From: Eubacteriales bacterium
Lineage (GTDB): Bacteria; Bacillota; Clostridia; Oscillospirales; CAG-272
Assembly (NCBI GenBank): GCA_045542075.1
Contig: JAZQKI010000048.1
Location: forward strand, 41,036 to 105,035
DNA length: 64,000 nt
Direction: 5' to 3'
Shown here piece after piece: positions 11,412 to 21,468 of this stretch. How positions within the stretch are numbered: position 1 is the stretch's first letter; every line of letters starts with the position of its first letter. The notes under the pieces were generated by a model that saw only the letters and a list, made by a program, of their open reading frames with translations, did no database searches and had not been told where the DNA came from. Position numbers and translations under genes: made by a program.

Positions 11412-11615
11412 GATAGCCTTCTCCAGCGGAGAAGGTGGCACGGCATAGCCGTGTCGGATGAGGAGAGCCCTATCTTTGATTATTGACCGTCCGTTTGATT
11501 ACTCTGTCGCAGGCACAGACGTCCCAACTGATAATCGGGCAAAACACTGTAATCGGAAAGGGTACTCTCCTCATCCACCGCAAGCGGTCCCCCTTCTCCG
11601 CTGGAGAAGGCTATC
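11412..11615. mobile_element. MITE-like structured element with 24-bp perfect terminal inverted repeats
   Basis: gatagccttctccagcggagaagg (11412-11435) is the reverse complement of 11592-11615; internal 12-bp IR 11456-11467/11565-11576; tctac on both flanks. Confidence 0.7.
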
Positions 11616-11744
11616 TCTACTATCTGCGCACTCGACACAGTACGACAAAAATATCCACAAAAACCACTACGACATTTATGTAAAATTTTCTACCCTGTAT
11701 TCAAAACGACGAAATATTTGGTAAAAAATCGTTAACTTTGATAA

Positions 11745-11773
11745 TTTACAAATTCGGTAATTTGTTGTATAAT
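11745..11773 (+). promoter_or_regulatory. sigmaA promoter about 310 bp upstream of lon
   Basis: TTTACA-17bp-TATAAT. Confidence 0.6.
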
Positions 11774-12082
11774 AATTACGTGGTCGAGTCCAATAGGGTT
11801 GGACCGCCAAACTATGCACAGCAGGAAGTTACCTTACGAAATATCAATCTAATGATATGCACGATCGAGAGGAAAACAACCGGTTGTGCCTTTTTTATGC
11901 TTTTTTCAGGCGCACGGGCAGAAAAAGGGCTAATTCTCCTTAAATAACATATAAAGTATTATATAAAATTGTAAATATTCTTGAAAAACTATGGAAATCC
12001 ACCGCGATTTGTGATATAATAATATAATTGTAGAAGTGTTTGCAAAATCACAGATCATAAGTAACGAGAGGAATTTATATAT

Positions 12083-14521
12083 ATGTCAGAAATCTACGAG
12101 AAGGCAGAAAGACTCACCCTGCCCCTGATCGCGCTGAAGGACACGGTGGCTTTTCCCGGTGAAATAATAAACTGCGAGCTCAAAAAGGACAGCTTTGGCT
12201 CGCCTGAGGCGGCGCGTATCGCCGCAGGCGGTACGGGATATATCATACTCGTGCCCTTAAATCCCCTGACCGATACCGAGTCTATCGACTCCGAGGTGCT
12301 TTTCAGCGTCGGAACGGTAGCAAAAATAAAGCAGCTGGTAAAGATGTCCGACGGCGGCACGAGAATTATCGCCGAGGGACTCTCCCGCGCGTCACTTATC
12401 TCCTACCGCAAGGTTAGCGGATACAATATCGCGGACGTTATCTCAAAGACAGTAGCGCTTGCCGACAACGGCGGTCTTCGCGGCGAGGCGTACGCAAGAG
12501 AAATGATACACGCCGTTGAGCGTATCGCAAAGCTTATCCCGTCTATGCCCGCAGGGGATATGATGTCCACCGTAAAGAGCATAAAAAATCCCGCACAGCT
12601 TGCGGATTTTATAGCTTCCCACATACTCGAAAAGATGGAGGACAAGCTTGATATACTCGCGATATTCGAGCCTTATTCAAGAATAGAGACTCTTATTGAA
12701 ATACTTATCCACGAACACAAGATACTCGGATACGAGGCAGACATTCAGAAAAAGACCCGCGAGCGCATCGCAAGAGGCCAGAAGGAATATTATCTGCGCG
12801 AGGAAATGAAGGCTATTCAGGAGGAGCTCGGCGACGGCGGCTCGGATACCGACGAGTATTACGACAAGATAATGGCGCTTGAAGTCTCCGATGAGGTCAG
12901 AAAAAAGCTGCTCAAGGAAAACGAAAAGCTTGCGAAAACCCCCTTCGGCTCGGCGGAATCCACCGTGCTTACGGGCTATCTTGATACCTGTCTTGAGCTT
13001 CCATGGAATAAGAAAACAGACGACCGCGCAGACGTATCCGAGGCGAGAAAAATTCTTGACGCCGACCATGAGGGACTAACCGATGTAAAGGAGAGATTAC
13101 TCGAATATCTCGCGGTAAAGCAGCTCAATCCCGAGCTGAAGGGACAGATAATCTGTCTCTACGGCCCTCCCGGTGTGGGCAAGACGTCTATCGCGGCATC
13201 TCTGGCTCGCGCTATGAACCGCAAATACGTGCGCGTGTCTCTTGGCGGCGTACGTGACGAGGCGGACATTCGCGGACACAGAAAGACCTACGTTGGCGCT
13301 ATGCCCGGACGTATAATCAACGCGCTTATCTCGGCAGAAAGCAAAAATCCGCTTATTCTGCTTGACGAAATAGACAAAATGGCAAGCGACGGCAGGGGCG
13401 ACCCCGCAAGCGCTCTGCTTGAGGCTCTTGACCCCGAGCAGAACAAATTTTTCCGCGACCACTTTGTTGAGCTTCCATTCGATCTGTCCGACTGCATATT
13501 CATCGCAACGGCAAACACGCTTGAAACCGTAGCGCGTCCGCTTATCGACCGAATGGAGATAATTGAGCTTCACACCTACACAAAGAGCGAGAAGATGAGC
13601 ATTGCAAAAAATCATCTCATCCCCCGTCAGCTAAAGCGTCACGGACTGAGCAAGAGAACCTTGAAGATCACCGACGAAGCGCTCTCAAAAATAATTGACG
13701 CATACACTCGCGAGTCGGGTGTCAGAAACCTTGAGCGTGAGCTTGCTCGACTTCTTCGTCGCGCGGCGCTCTCTATAATCGACGGCAAGTGCAAGAGCAT
13801 GGCAGTCAATCTCAAAAACCTCGAATCCCTGCTCGGCGCAGAAAAATTCTTGCCCGAAAAAATATCCGATTGCGACGAGATAGGCACAGTAAACGGTCTT
13901 GCCTACACTCAGTCGGGCGGCGATCTTCTCAAGATCGAGGTCGCAGTCACAGACGGCACAGGCAAGCTGGAGCTTACGGGAAGCCTTGGCGACGTTATGA
14001 AGGAATCCGCAAAGGCGGCGCTTACATACACCCGTCAGATAGCGTCAAGCTACAACATCCCCACCGACTTTTACTCAAAGAAGGACATACACATACACGT
14101 CCCCGAGGGCGCTGTCCCCAAGGACGGCCCAAGCGCGGGAGTGACGATGCTCACCGCACTTGTAAGCGCCCTGTCGGGAATTCCCGTCCGTCGCGACGTG
14201 GCTATGACGGGCGAGATAACCCTGCGCGGAAACGTCTTAGCTATCGGCGGATTGCGTGAAAAGACCATGGCGGCATACGCGGCAGGTGTGACCACGGTGC
14301 TTATACCCAAGGACAACCTCAAGGACCTTGACAAGCTTGACAGTCTCGTGCTTGAAAATATCAAGTTTATCCCCTGCAAGACCGCGTCCGACGTGCTTTC
14401 ACACGCACTTGCGACCGACAAAACGCACATCACAATAGAGAAAAAGCTTCAGGCTGTAAGCTATAACATTCCCACAGCGACAACTCGCACAGGCGAGATC
14501 CACGCAAACTCAAAAAAATAA
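12083..14521 (+). CDS. lon: ATP-dependent protease La
   Basis: GPPGVGKTS Walker A, LLDEIDK, PKDGPSAG catalytic Ser, IGGLREK. Confidence 0.98.
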   Translation: MSEIYEKAERLTLPLIALKDTVAFPGEIINCELKKDSFGSPEAARIAAGGTGYIILVPLNPLTDTESIDSEVLFSVGTVAKIKQLVKMSDGGTRIIAEGLSRASLISYRKVSGYNIADVISKTVALADNGGLRGEAYAREMIHAVERIAKLIPSMPAGDMMSTVKSIKNPAQLADFIASHILEKMEDKLDILAIFEPYSRIETLIEILIHEHKILGYEADIQKKTRERIARGQKEYYLREEMKAIQEELGDGGSDTDEYYDKIMALEVSDEVRKKLLKENEKLAKTPFGSAESTVLTGYLDTCLELPWNKKTDDRADVSEARKILDADHEGLTDVKERLLEYLAVKQLNPELKGQIICLYGPPGVGKTSIAASLARAMNRKYVRVSLGGVRDEADIRGHRKTYVGAMPGRIINALISAESKNPLILLDEIDKMASDGRGDPASALLEALDPEQNKFFRDHFVELPFDLSDCIFIATANTLETVARPLIDRMEIIELHTYTKSEKMSIAKNHLIPRQLKRHGLSKRTLKITDEALSKIIDAYTRESGVRNLERELARLLRRAALSIIDGKCKSMAVNLKNLESLLGAEKFLPEKISDCDEIGTVNGLAYTQSGGDLLKIEVAVTDGTGKLELTGSLGDVMKESAKAALTYTRQIASSYNIPTDFYSKKDIHIHVPEGAVPKDGPSAGVTMLTALVSALSGIPVRRDVAMTGEITLRGNVLAIGGLREKTMAAYAAGVTTVLIPKDNLKDLDKLDSLVLENIKFIPCKTASDVLSHALATDKTHITIEKKLQAVSYNIPTATTRTGEIHANSKK

Positions 14522-14534
14522 CAGGAGCCTCATA

Positions 14535-15143
14535 ATGGGACTTAATATTCAGAATACCAATCTTAAAATGACCGCGGGCTTCTCCAGTCAGTTTCCCACC
14601 GACCCCATTCCGCAGATCGCGCTCTCGGGCCGATCAAACGTGGGAAAAAGCTCGCTTATAAACACAATTCTCGGCAGAAAATCTCTGGCGAGAGTGTCGT
14701 CCACCCCAGGTAAGACTATCACCGTAAACTTTTACGAGGTGGACAAAAAGCTCTTTTTAGTTGACCTGCCCGGTTATGGCTTTGCGCAGAGAAACCGCGC
14801 GGAAAAGGACAAGTGGTCAACCTTGACCGACGGTTATTTTACCAAAAATAAAAACGCAGACCTTATCCGCGGCGTAGTTCAGCTTGTTGACAGCCGCGTA
14901 GGTATAACGGACGACGACGCCATGATGCTTGATTGGATGAATGCGTCGGGAATTCCCTATATTCTCGTGATTACCAAGGTGGATAAGCTCAATAAGACAG
15001 AGCGTGCAAACAATCTCGAGGTTATTTCAAGCGACCCCCTCATTCGTGAGGGCACTCCCATAATCCCCTTCTCGTCTCTCAAGGGCGAGGGCAAGGCGGA
15101 GCTCTGGTCCGAAATATCAAAGCTGACGGGAGTTAAACTCTGA
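14535..15143 (+). CDS. engB: Ribosome biogenesis GTPase EngB/YsxC
   Basis: GRSNVGKSSLIN, DLPGYG, TKVDK; follows lon. Confidence 0.95.
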   Translation: MGLNIQNTNLKMTAGFSSQFPTDPIPQIALSGRSNVGKSSLINTILGRKSLARVSSTPGKTITVNFYEVDKKLFLVDLPGYGFAQRNRAEKDKWSTLTDGYFTKNKNADLIRGVVQLVDSRVGITDDDAMMLDWMNASGIPYILVITKVDKLNKTERANNLEVISSDPLIREGTPIIPFSSLKGEGKAELWSEISKLTGVKL

Positions 15144-15170
15144 CGAGTTAAACTATAAAAGGAATTTATT

Positions 15171-16469
15171 ATGATACTTTACCCACACCTATCAACGAAT
15201 GAAAAAGGACATCTGACCATAGGCGGTCTTGACACTGTTGAGCTTGCCCGCAAGTTCGGCACGCCCGCATATATAATAGATGAAAACGTCATTCGTGAAA
15301 ACATGAGAACATACCTTAACGCCGCCGAAGAAAATTTCGGTGTCGGCGCGCTTCCGCTTTTTGCGTCAAAATCCCTTTGCTTTAAGGAGATTTACAGAAT
15401 TGCCGCAGAAGAAGGACTTGGCATTGACTGCGTATCGGGCGGAGAGCTTTACACCGCGCGCGCGGCAGGCTTCCCCGCGGAAAAAATATATTTTCACGGA
15501 AACAACAAGACAGACCGCGACATATCCGAAGCTATGGATATGGGGGTTGGCAGATTCGTCGTTGACAATTTTGACGAGCTTTGCGCGGTCAGTACGGCGG
15601 CAGTCCGCCGCGGGATCACGCAAAAAATACTCCTCCGCATAACCCCTGGCATCGATCCCCACACTCACAAGGCGATAAACACGGGAAGCGTGGATTCAAA
15701 GTTCGGAAGTGCGATAGAAACGGGTCAGGCTATGAGCATAGTCAAGGCGGCTATCGCTATGGCGGGAGTTGAGCTTTGCGGTCTTCACTGTCACATCGGC
15801 TCGCAGATATTTGATATTCAGCCCTTCGCGGATGCGGCGGATATTATGATAAAATTTATCGCAAAAATAAAGAGCGAATGTGATTTCACTGTAAAGGAGC
15901 TTAACCTTGGCGGCGGTCTCGGTGTCAGATATACGGACAACGACCCCGAGATGGACTATGCCGAGGCTATTTCGGATATTGCAGACGTAGTCAAGAGCTA
16001 CTGCAAGGAAAATGATATTGAGATGCCCCAGGTGCGTCTTGAACCCGGTCGCTCGCTTGTAGCGGCGGCGGGAATCACGCTCTACACCGTCGGTTCTGTA
16101 AAGGAAATACCCAATTTCAAAAATTACATATCAGTCGACGGCGGTATGCCCGACAACCCAAGATACGCGCTGTATCAGTCAAGATACACGGCTCTTATTG
16201 CTAACCGCGCAAATATGCCCCGTGATTTCAGGGCAACTATCGCGGGCAGATGCTGTGAGTCGGGCGACCTCATCGGCGAGGACATGGACATTCAGCGCGC
16301 GCGCCGCGGCGATATTCTCGCGGTACTTGTTACGGGCGCGTACAACTACTCAATGGCGTCAAACTATAACCGAATCCCCCGCCCGCCCGTGATATTTGTC
16401 CGTGACGGTCAGGCAAGAATAGTTGTTGAGCGCGAGACCTACGCCGACCTTATAAGACTCGACCTGTAA
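15171..16469 (+). CDS. lysA: Diaminopimelate decarboxylase
   Basis: FASKSL PLP lysine, HCHIGSQIF, LNLGGG, EPGRS, GRCCESGD, GAYNYSMASNYN. Confidence 0.95.
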   Translation: MILYPHLSTNEKGHLTIGGLDTVELARKFGTPAYIIDENVIRENMRTYLNAAEENFGVGALPLFASKSLCFKEIYRIAAEEGLGIDCVSGGELYTARAAGFPAEKIYFHGNNKTDRDISEAMDMGVGRFVVDNFDELCAVSTAAVRRGITQKILLRITPGIDPHTHKAINTGSVDSKFGSAIETGQAMSIVKAAIAMAGVELCGLHCHIGSQIFDIQPFADAADIMIKFIAKIKSECDFTVKELNLGGGLGVRYTDNDPEMDYAEAISDIADVVKSYCKENDIEMPQVRLEPGRSLVAAAGITLYTVGSVKEIPNFKNYISVDGGMPDNPRYALYQSRYTALIANRANMPRDFRATIAGRCCESGDLIGEDMDIQRARRGDILAVLVTGAYNYSMASNYNRIPRPPVIFVRDGQARIVVERETYADLIRLDL

Positions 16470-16506
16470 TTTTGAGAATACCTCATAAAATTTAAGGAGA
16501 ATAACT

Positions 16507-17223
16507 ATGTTAGCTGCACTTCTATCGTCAAAGGACATAGGAACGGCAATAATCCAAATATTATTAAGTCTTCCCGCATCTTTGTTTGCGCTTTCGTGTC
16601 ACGAGGCGGCGCACGCGTATGCGGCGTACAAAATGGGAGACAGAACCGCATTCAATCTTGGTCGTATGACCATAAACCCCATAAAGCATTTTGATCCGAT
16701 CGGCTCGCTTCTTATGCTTATCTTTGGATTTGGCTGGGCAAAGCCCGTGCCGATAAACGCCCGTAATTTTAAGAATCCTAAAAAAGGAATGGCCATAACG
16801 GGTATCGCAGGGCCACTAGCAAATCTTATTCTCGGTATTATAAGTACGTTTCTTATGTGCTTGACCTCATTTATACAACTCAAGTTCCTTATGAACACGG
16901 AAATCTCAGGATTTGTATTTAATCTTACCGAAGTAATTGCATCCTTATTCTTTCTTTCGGCTATGTATAATTTCTTATTCATGGTCTACAATCTTATTCC
17001 CATTCCGCCATTTGACGGTTCGAGATTTATAACCGCGTTCCTGCCTGCAAAGTGGTACTTCAAGCTTATGCAGTACGAAAGATACTCCTTTATAATAGTT
17101 ATGGTTATCAACATTGTTTTGTCGCGTGTTTTCGGTATAAATCTGACGTTTGATATTGCAACCAAAATAATGGGGCTTGTCGCATATCCGTTTAATTTAT
17201 TATTTTTCAATCTTTTACTCTGA
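16507..17223 (+). CDS. Site-2 protease family (peptidase M50)
   Basis: HEAAH zinc motif, AGPLAN, NLIPIPPFDG, multiple TM segments. Confidence 0.92.
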   Translation: MLAALLSSKDIGTAIIQILLSLPASLFALSCHEAAHAYAAYKMGDRTAFNLGRMTINPIKHFDPIGSLLMLIFGFGWAKPVPINARNFKNPKKGMAITGIAGPLANLILGIISTFLMCLTSFIQLKFLMNTEISGFVFNLTEVIASLFFLSAMYNFLFMVYNLIPIPPFDGSRFITAFLPAKWYFKLMQYERYSFIIVMVINIVLSRVFGINLTFDIATKIMGLVAYPFNLLFFNLLL

Positions 17224-17247
17224 ATCTAATCACCACTGGAGGTCCCA

Positions 17248-18072
17248 ATGGACGCAATAAGCTACCGCCTCGAAAAATTCGAGGGCCCGCTTGACCTATT
17301 GTTAAGCCTAATACAAAAGAATAAAGTCAGCATTGAGGACATTCCGATAAATCTCATTTGCGAGCAGTATATGGAGTATATTGCACAGGCGCAGGCGCTG
17401 GATATGGAGCTTGCCTCGGAGTTTATCGTTATGGCGAGCGAGCTTATGCTCATCAAGAGCAAGCTTCTGCTTCCCAAGGTCGAGGAGGACGAGGAAGACC
17501 CGAGAGCTGCCCTGGCTGAAATGCTTATCAAGTACCAGCAAGCAAAGGAAGCCGCAAAAAAACTGCTTCCTCAGTACGCAAAATACTCGGGCAGACTTGA
17601 AAAGGACACTGACGAGATATCAATAGATAAATCCTTCGTCGCAGATCAGGAGACCGAAAGCCTGCTTATAGCGGTAAGACGTATCATAACCTACAACGAA
17701 AACCGTCCTATGCCCGACCGTGAGACATTTACCCCTATGATAAGCAAGCCCATCGTTCCCGTTGAGGTAAAGATAGTTGGTATCCTCAGTCACATGTCAA
17801 GAAAAAAGGAGACATCCCTGCGTGAGCTTCTTGAGGACTCGGTTTCTCTCAACGATATGATAGCAATATTCCTCGGCGTGCTTGAGCTTATCAAGACACG
17901 AAAGATACTTATTGCGGGCGACGAGGACGGAGTCTCCTCGCTTATGGGCGACGAGGCGAAATTTATGATAAATGAGAATCCTCCATCCGACGTCAAGGGT
18001 GAGTTCGGTGTGGCAAAGCCTGCGGAGGATCAGCAAATTGACATCTTTACCGAAAGTGAGGTCAGAGTATGA
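17248..18072 (+). CDS. scpA: Segregation and condensation protein A
   Basis: FEGPLDLLLSLI, ASEFIVMASELMLIKSKLLLP. Confidence 0.95.
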   Translation: MDAISYRLEKFEGPLDLLLSLIQKNKVSIEDIPINLICEQYMEYIAQAQALDMELASEFIVMASELMLIKSKLLLPKVEEDEEDPRAALAEMLIKYQQAKEAAKKLLPQYAKYSGRLEKDTDEISIDKSFVADQETESLLIAVRRIITYNENRPMPDRETFTPMISKPIVPVEVKIVGILSHMSRKKETSLRELLEDSVSLNDMIAIFLGVLELIKTRKILIAGDEDGVSSLMGDEAKFMINENPPSDVKGEFGVAKPAEDQQIDIFTESEVRV

Positions 18073-18713
18073 GCCAGGAAAATATGACTCTCAATAATAT
18101 ATCGGGCGCAATCGAGGCGATCCTTTATGCAGCGGGACATCCCGTCGCGTACGAGCGACTTTCCGACGTGCTTGGACTGTCTATCCCCGACGTCAAGAAA
18201 ATAGTTGAGGCTATGTCGGAGGAATATAACTCCGAGAGATCCACTCGCGGAATATTGCTTCTCATGTACCCCGACTCCTGCCAATTCTCTACAAAGGAAG
18301 AATATATGCCCTACATACGCGAGGCACTTGGAATAAAAAGAGGCGGAAACCTCTCAAACTCCACTATGGAGGCATTGGCTGTCGTGGCATACAATCAGCC
18401 CGTCACGCGTTCTTACGTTGACTCCGTGCGCGGAGTTGACTCGTCATACGCTATGACATCCCTTATTGACAAGAACCTTATAGCCTGTTGCGGCAGACTT
18501 GACGCGCCGGGCCGTCCCATGCTTTACGCGACGACTGAGAAATTTTTGCGCGTGTTTGGTCTTAATTCCCTTGACGAGCTTCCGCAGTGCGAGTTTACTC
18601 CTCCCGCGGAAAGCACCGAGGAGGGCGCAAATATCGGGCTTGTCGGCGAGGTGGGTATGATGATTCCGCCTGTGGCTTATGATGAAAGCACGGAAGGGGC
18701 AAGCGAAGAATAA
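18069..18713 (+). CDS. scpB: Segregation and condensation protein B
   Basis: IEAILYAAGHPV, EALAVVAYNQPVTR, GRPMLYATTEKFL. Confidence 0.95.
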   Translation: MSQENMTLNNISGAIEAILYAAGHPVAYERLSDVLGLSIPDVKKIVEAMSEEYNSERSTRGILLLMYPDSCQFSTKEEYMPYIREALGIKRGGNLSNSTMEALAVVAYNQPVTRSYVDSVRGVDSSYAMTSLIDKNLIACCGRLDAPGRPMLYATTEKFLRVFGLNSLDELPQCEFTPPAESTEEGANIGLVGEVGMMIPPVAYDESTEGASEE

Positions 18714-18756
18714 AACAACAATGCAACATTAGAGTTTTATTTCCCAAAGATTATAA

Positions 18757-18950
18757 AGGGCCCCCCACTTGTGTGGTTTTCACTTCGCCGATGGCGGAGC
18801 ACACCCACCGTTGTCAAAGACAACAGTCCCCACTCTGCCAAGCCATTTGCTTGGAATTCACCCTCCGTGGCACTTTTAACGATAAAGGTATTTCGCCCTC
18901 TGCGGAGGGCAACGGTAGCTTTTTGAAAAAAGCGACGCAAAAACTTTCAA
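18757..18950. repeat. Structured intergenic repeat, family 2, copy A
   Basis: Shares ttcaccct...aacgataa...tttcgccNtctgcggaNggc...tttgaaaa...caaaactttcaa with 36325-36486. Confidence 0.65.
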
Positions 18951-18965
18951 TAAAATTGGAAAGGA

Positions 18966-19733
18966 GTGATATTTATAATTGCATTTTTAATTATTCTTGC
19001 AATACTCATATTGCTCTTTTCTGTGCGCATTTTCGTAAATCTTGAGCTGTCTGACGAGCTTAAGCTTAATATCTGGGCATTCGGATTCAGAATAAAGGTC
19101 CTGCCCAAGAAAGAAAAAAAATACAAGCTCTCTGACTACACCCCTAAAAAAATAGTCAGACGTGAGGCAAAACGCAAAAAGCTTGAAGAAAAAAGAGCGG
19201 CAAAGAGAGCCGCAAAAAGAGCAAAGCGCAGAGAGCTGTCAAAGCTCACGAAAGCCGAGCGAAAGGCACTTAAGAAGAAAAAACGCGAGAGCCGTCCTGC
19301 AGTAACGGACATGATAACCTCCGCCACAGGCATTCTCGGTCTGTTTTTCTCCACGTTTTTCTCGCATCTCCACATAAAAACCTCACGCATAAAAATAAAG
19401 GTCGGCGGTCCCGACGCGGCTCAGGTGGCTCTGCGTTGGTACGCAATATACGCCGCGTGCGATTCTCTCATAGCGATCCTTGACAGAAACTCGCATATAC
19501 ACGGCAAAAAGAATGCGGATATTTCTATTGAACCCGACTATCTCTCCGAAAAAATAGATATGGACATCAAGGTGTCCTTCTCGATGAATCTTTTCGGCAT
19601 GCTTTGCGTGCTTATCAAGGTAATAGTCAAGGCGGTGGTCGAATGGCTCAACATTCAACCCCAAAAGCCCGAAATTACCGCGACAAAAAGCAAAGCTACC
19701 CCAAAAAGCCAGCCTAAAGCTAAAAAAATCTGA
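18966..19733 (+). CDS. DUF2953/YtfI-like membrane-anchored protein
   Basis: N-terminal TM helix, Lys/Arg-rich region, position directly before ytfJ. Confidence 0.65.
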   Translation: MIFIIAFLIILAILILLFSVRIFVNLELSDELKLNIWAFGFRIKVLPKKEKKYKLSDYTPKKIVRREAKRKKLEEKRAAKRAAKRAKRRELSKLTKAERKALKKKKRESRPAVTDMITSATGILGLFFSTFFSHLHIKTSRIKIKVGGPDAAQVALRWYAIYAACDSLIAILDRNSHIHGKKNADISIEPDYLSEKIDMDIKVSFSMNLFGMLCVLIKVIVKAVVEWLNIQPQKPEITATKSKATPKSQPKAKKI

Positions 19734-19769
19734 AAATAATTTATTTATATAAACGAAAGGACTTTTGTT

Positions 19770-20186
19770 ATGGCATCAGAAAACAAGCTCCAGGAAGTAA
19801 TTGCGGCTACACTGTCGCAGGTAAAGAACATGATCGACGCCGACACGGTTATCGGCTCTCCCATTCAGACCGCATCGGGTACTACCATTATCCCCATCTC
19901 CAAGGTATCCGTCGGCTATGCTACGGGCGGTCTTGACTTCAACAGCAAGGACGCATCCGCAAAGCCCCAGAACTTCGGTGCGGGCGGAGGCACAGGCATC
20001 TCCATTCAGCCTGTCGGCTTCCTTTGTATTTCTCCCGACGGCAAGGCAGAGATGGTGAACGTAGGTCTTAAGAACCCCACCGATCCCATCGAGCAGTTCT
20101 CCGAGCTTCTTGACCGCTCCCCCGAGATCATCGCAAAGATCAAGGCGCTTTTCGCTAAGGACGAGGACGAGTCCCAGGGCGAATGA
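19770..20186 (+). CDS. ytfJ: Sporulation protein YtfJ (GerW family)
   Basis: DADTVIGSPI, IPISKVSVGYATGG, FGAGGGTGISIQPVGFL. Confidence 0.9.
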   Translation: MASENKLQEVIAATLSQVKNMIDADTVIGSPIQTASGTTIIPISKVSVGYATGGLDFNSKDASAKPQNFGAGGGTGISIQPVGFLCISPDGKAEMVNVGLKNPTDPIEQFSELLDRSPEIIAKIKALFAKDEDESQGE

Positions 20187-20242
20187 TCAGGCCATGACAT
20201 AAAAACCCTTTCGGGCAAATATACTTTTATAAGGTATTTTAT

Positions 20243-21460
20243 TTGCTCGGAGGGTTTGTCGTGCATAATTTTTTCAAAAATAATTTCAAAAAAGCCGTTA
20301 TTTTAATGACGGCTCTGTTGTGTTTTTCTCTATCGTCCTGCGCGTATTCGCAGGATATTCAGCCGCTTTCTCCAACCTACTCTCTGCCCATTGTTCAGGG
20401 CGCGGACAGTCCCTCCGAGAGTCATATCTCCGCGCAGAGCGCGATAGTAATTGAAGCATCCAGCGGCGAGACTCTTTGGTCAAAAAACTGCGATAAGCCC
20501 ATGCCTATGGCGTCAACCACAAAGATCATGACCGCACTTGTCGCGCTTGAGAGGTGCGACATTCAAAAAACAGTCAAGGTCTCTCCTTTGGCCGTCGGGG
20601 TGGAGGGCTCGTCCATCTATTTGTACGCGGGCGAGGAGTTGACCATGGAAAACCTTTTGTACGCAATGCTTCTGGAGTCCGCCAACGACGCGGCGGCGGC
20701 TATTGCCATTGAGGTTGGCGGCAGCATTGAGGGCTTTGCCAAGCTTATGAATAAAAAAGCAGCCGAGCTGGGGCTTAAAAGCACCAGCTTTGAAAATCCC
20801 CACGGGCTAGACGGTGAAAACCATTACACCACCGCAAAGGAATTAGCGCTCATCACGCGCGAGGCTATGAAAAATGATGGCTTCCGCAAGATAGTTTCTA
20901 CATACAAGACCACGATTCCGCTGAATAAGGACGAGGGTACTCGCGTGCTCATCAATCACAATAAGCTGCTTAAGAGCTACGATGGCGCGATAGGCGTCAA
21001 GACAGGCTTTACCAAAAAAAGCGGCAGATGTCTTGTCAGCGCGGCGGAAATTGACGGCGTGGAGTATATCTGCGCCACGCTCAACGCCCCGTCGGATTGG
21101 AGCGACCACGAAAAGCTATTGGATTATGCGTCCTCTCTCTACGAGCGTGTCACGCTTTGCAACGTGGGGGAATTTGACTATTCCCTGCCGCTTGTAAACT
21201 GCGAGAGCCAGTCCGTCACGGTGGCTAACAAGGATAGCATTTCACTGATATTGCCCCGCGAGCGCGGGGAAATTGAGTACGTCATAGAGCTTCCTCACTT
21301 TTACTATAACGGTGTAAGTCAAGGCGAGGAGCTTGGCTCCCTGATATTTTACCTTGACGGCGAAATTATAGCAAGCACCCCCATGTGCGCGCAGAATAGC
21401 GTCGCGCAGATAAAAAACAAATCTAACTTTTTTGAACGGATAGCCTCGCTATTCGACTGA
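20243..21460 (+). CDS. D-alanyl-D-alanine carboxypeptidase (S11, DacB/DacF-like)
   Basis: ASTTK (SxxK), SAND (SxN), KTG motifs; true start probably downstream of ORF start. Confidence 0.92.
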   Translation: MLGGFVVHNFFKNNFKKAVILMTALLCFSLSSCAYSQDIQPLSPTYSLPIVQGADSPSESHISAQSAIVIEASSGETLWSKNCDKPMPMASTTKIMTALVALERCDIQKTVKVSPLAVGVEGSSIYLYAGEELTMENLLYAMLLESANDAAAAIAIEVGGSIEGFAKLMNKKAAELGLKSTSFENPHGLDGENHYTTAKELALITREAMKNDGFRKIVSTYKTTIPLNKDEGTRVLINHNKLLKSYDGAIGVKTGFTKKSGRCLVSAAEIDGVEYICATLNAPSDWSDHEKLLDYASSLYERVTLCNVGEFDYSLPLVNCESQSVTVANKDSISLILPRERGEIEYVIELPHFYYNGVSQGEELGSLIFYLDGEIIASTPMCAQNSVAQIKNKSNFFERIASLFD

Positions 21461-21468
21461 ACAGAACA

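Noticed and set aside
11900-11930. ZMP/ZTP riboswitch-like 3' motif (gcgcacgggca)
   Set aside because: The conserved 5' half of the aptamer is not present and the downstream gene (lon) does not fit.
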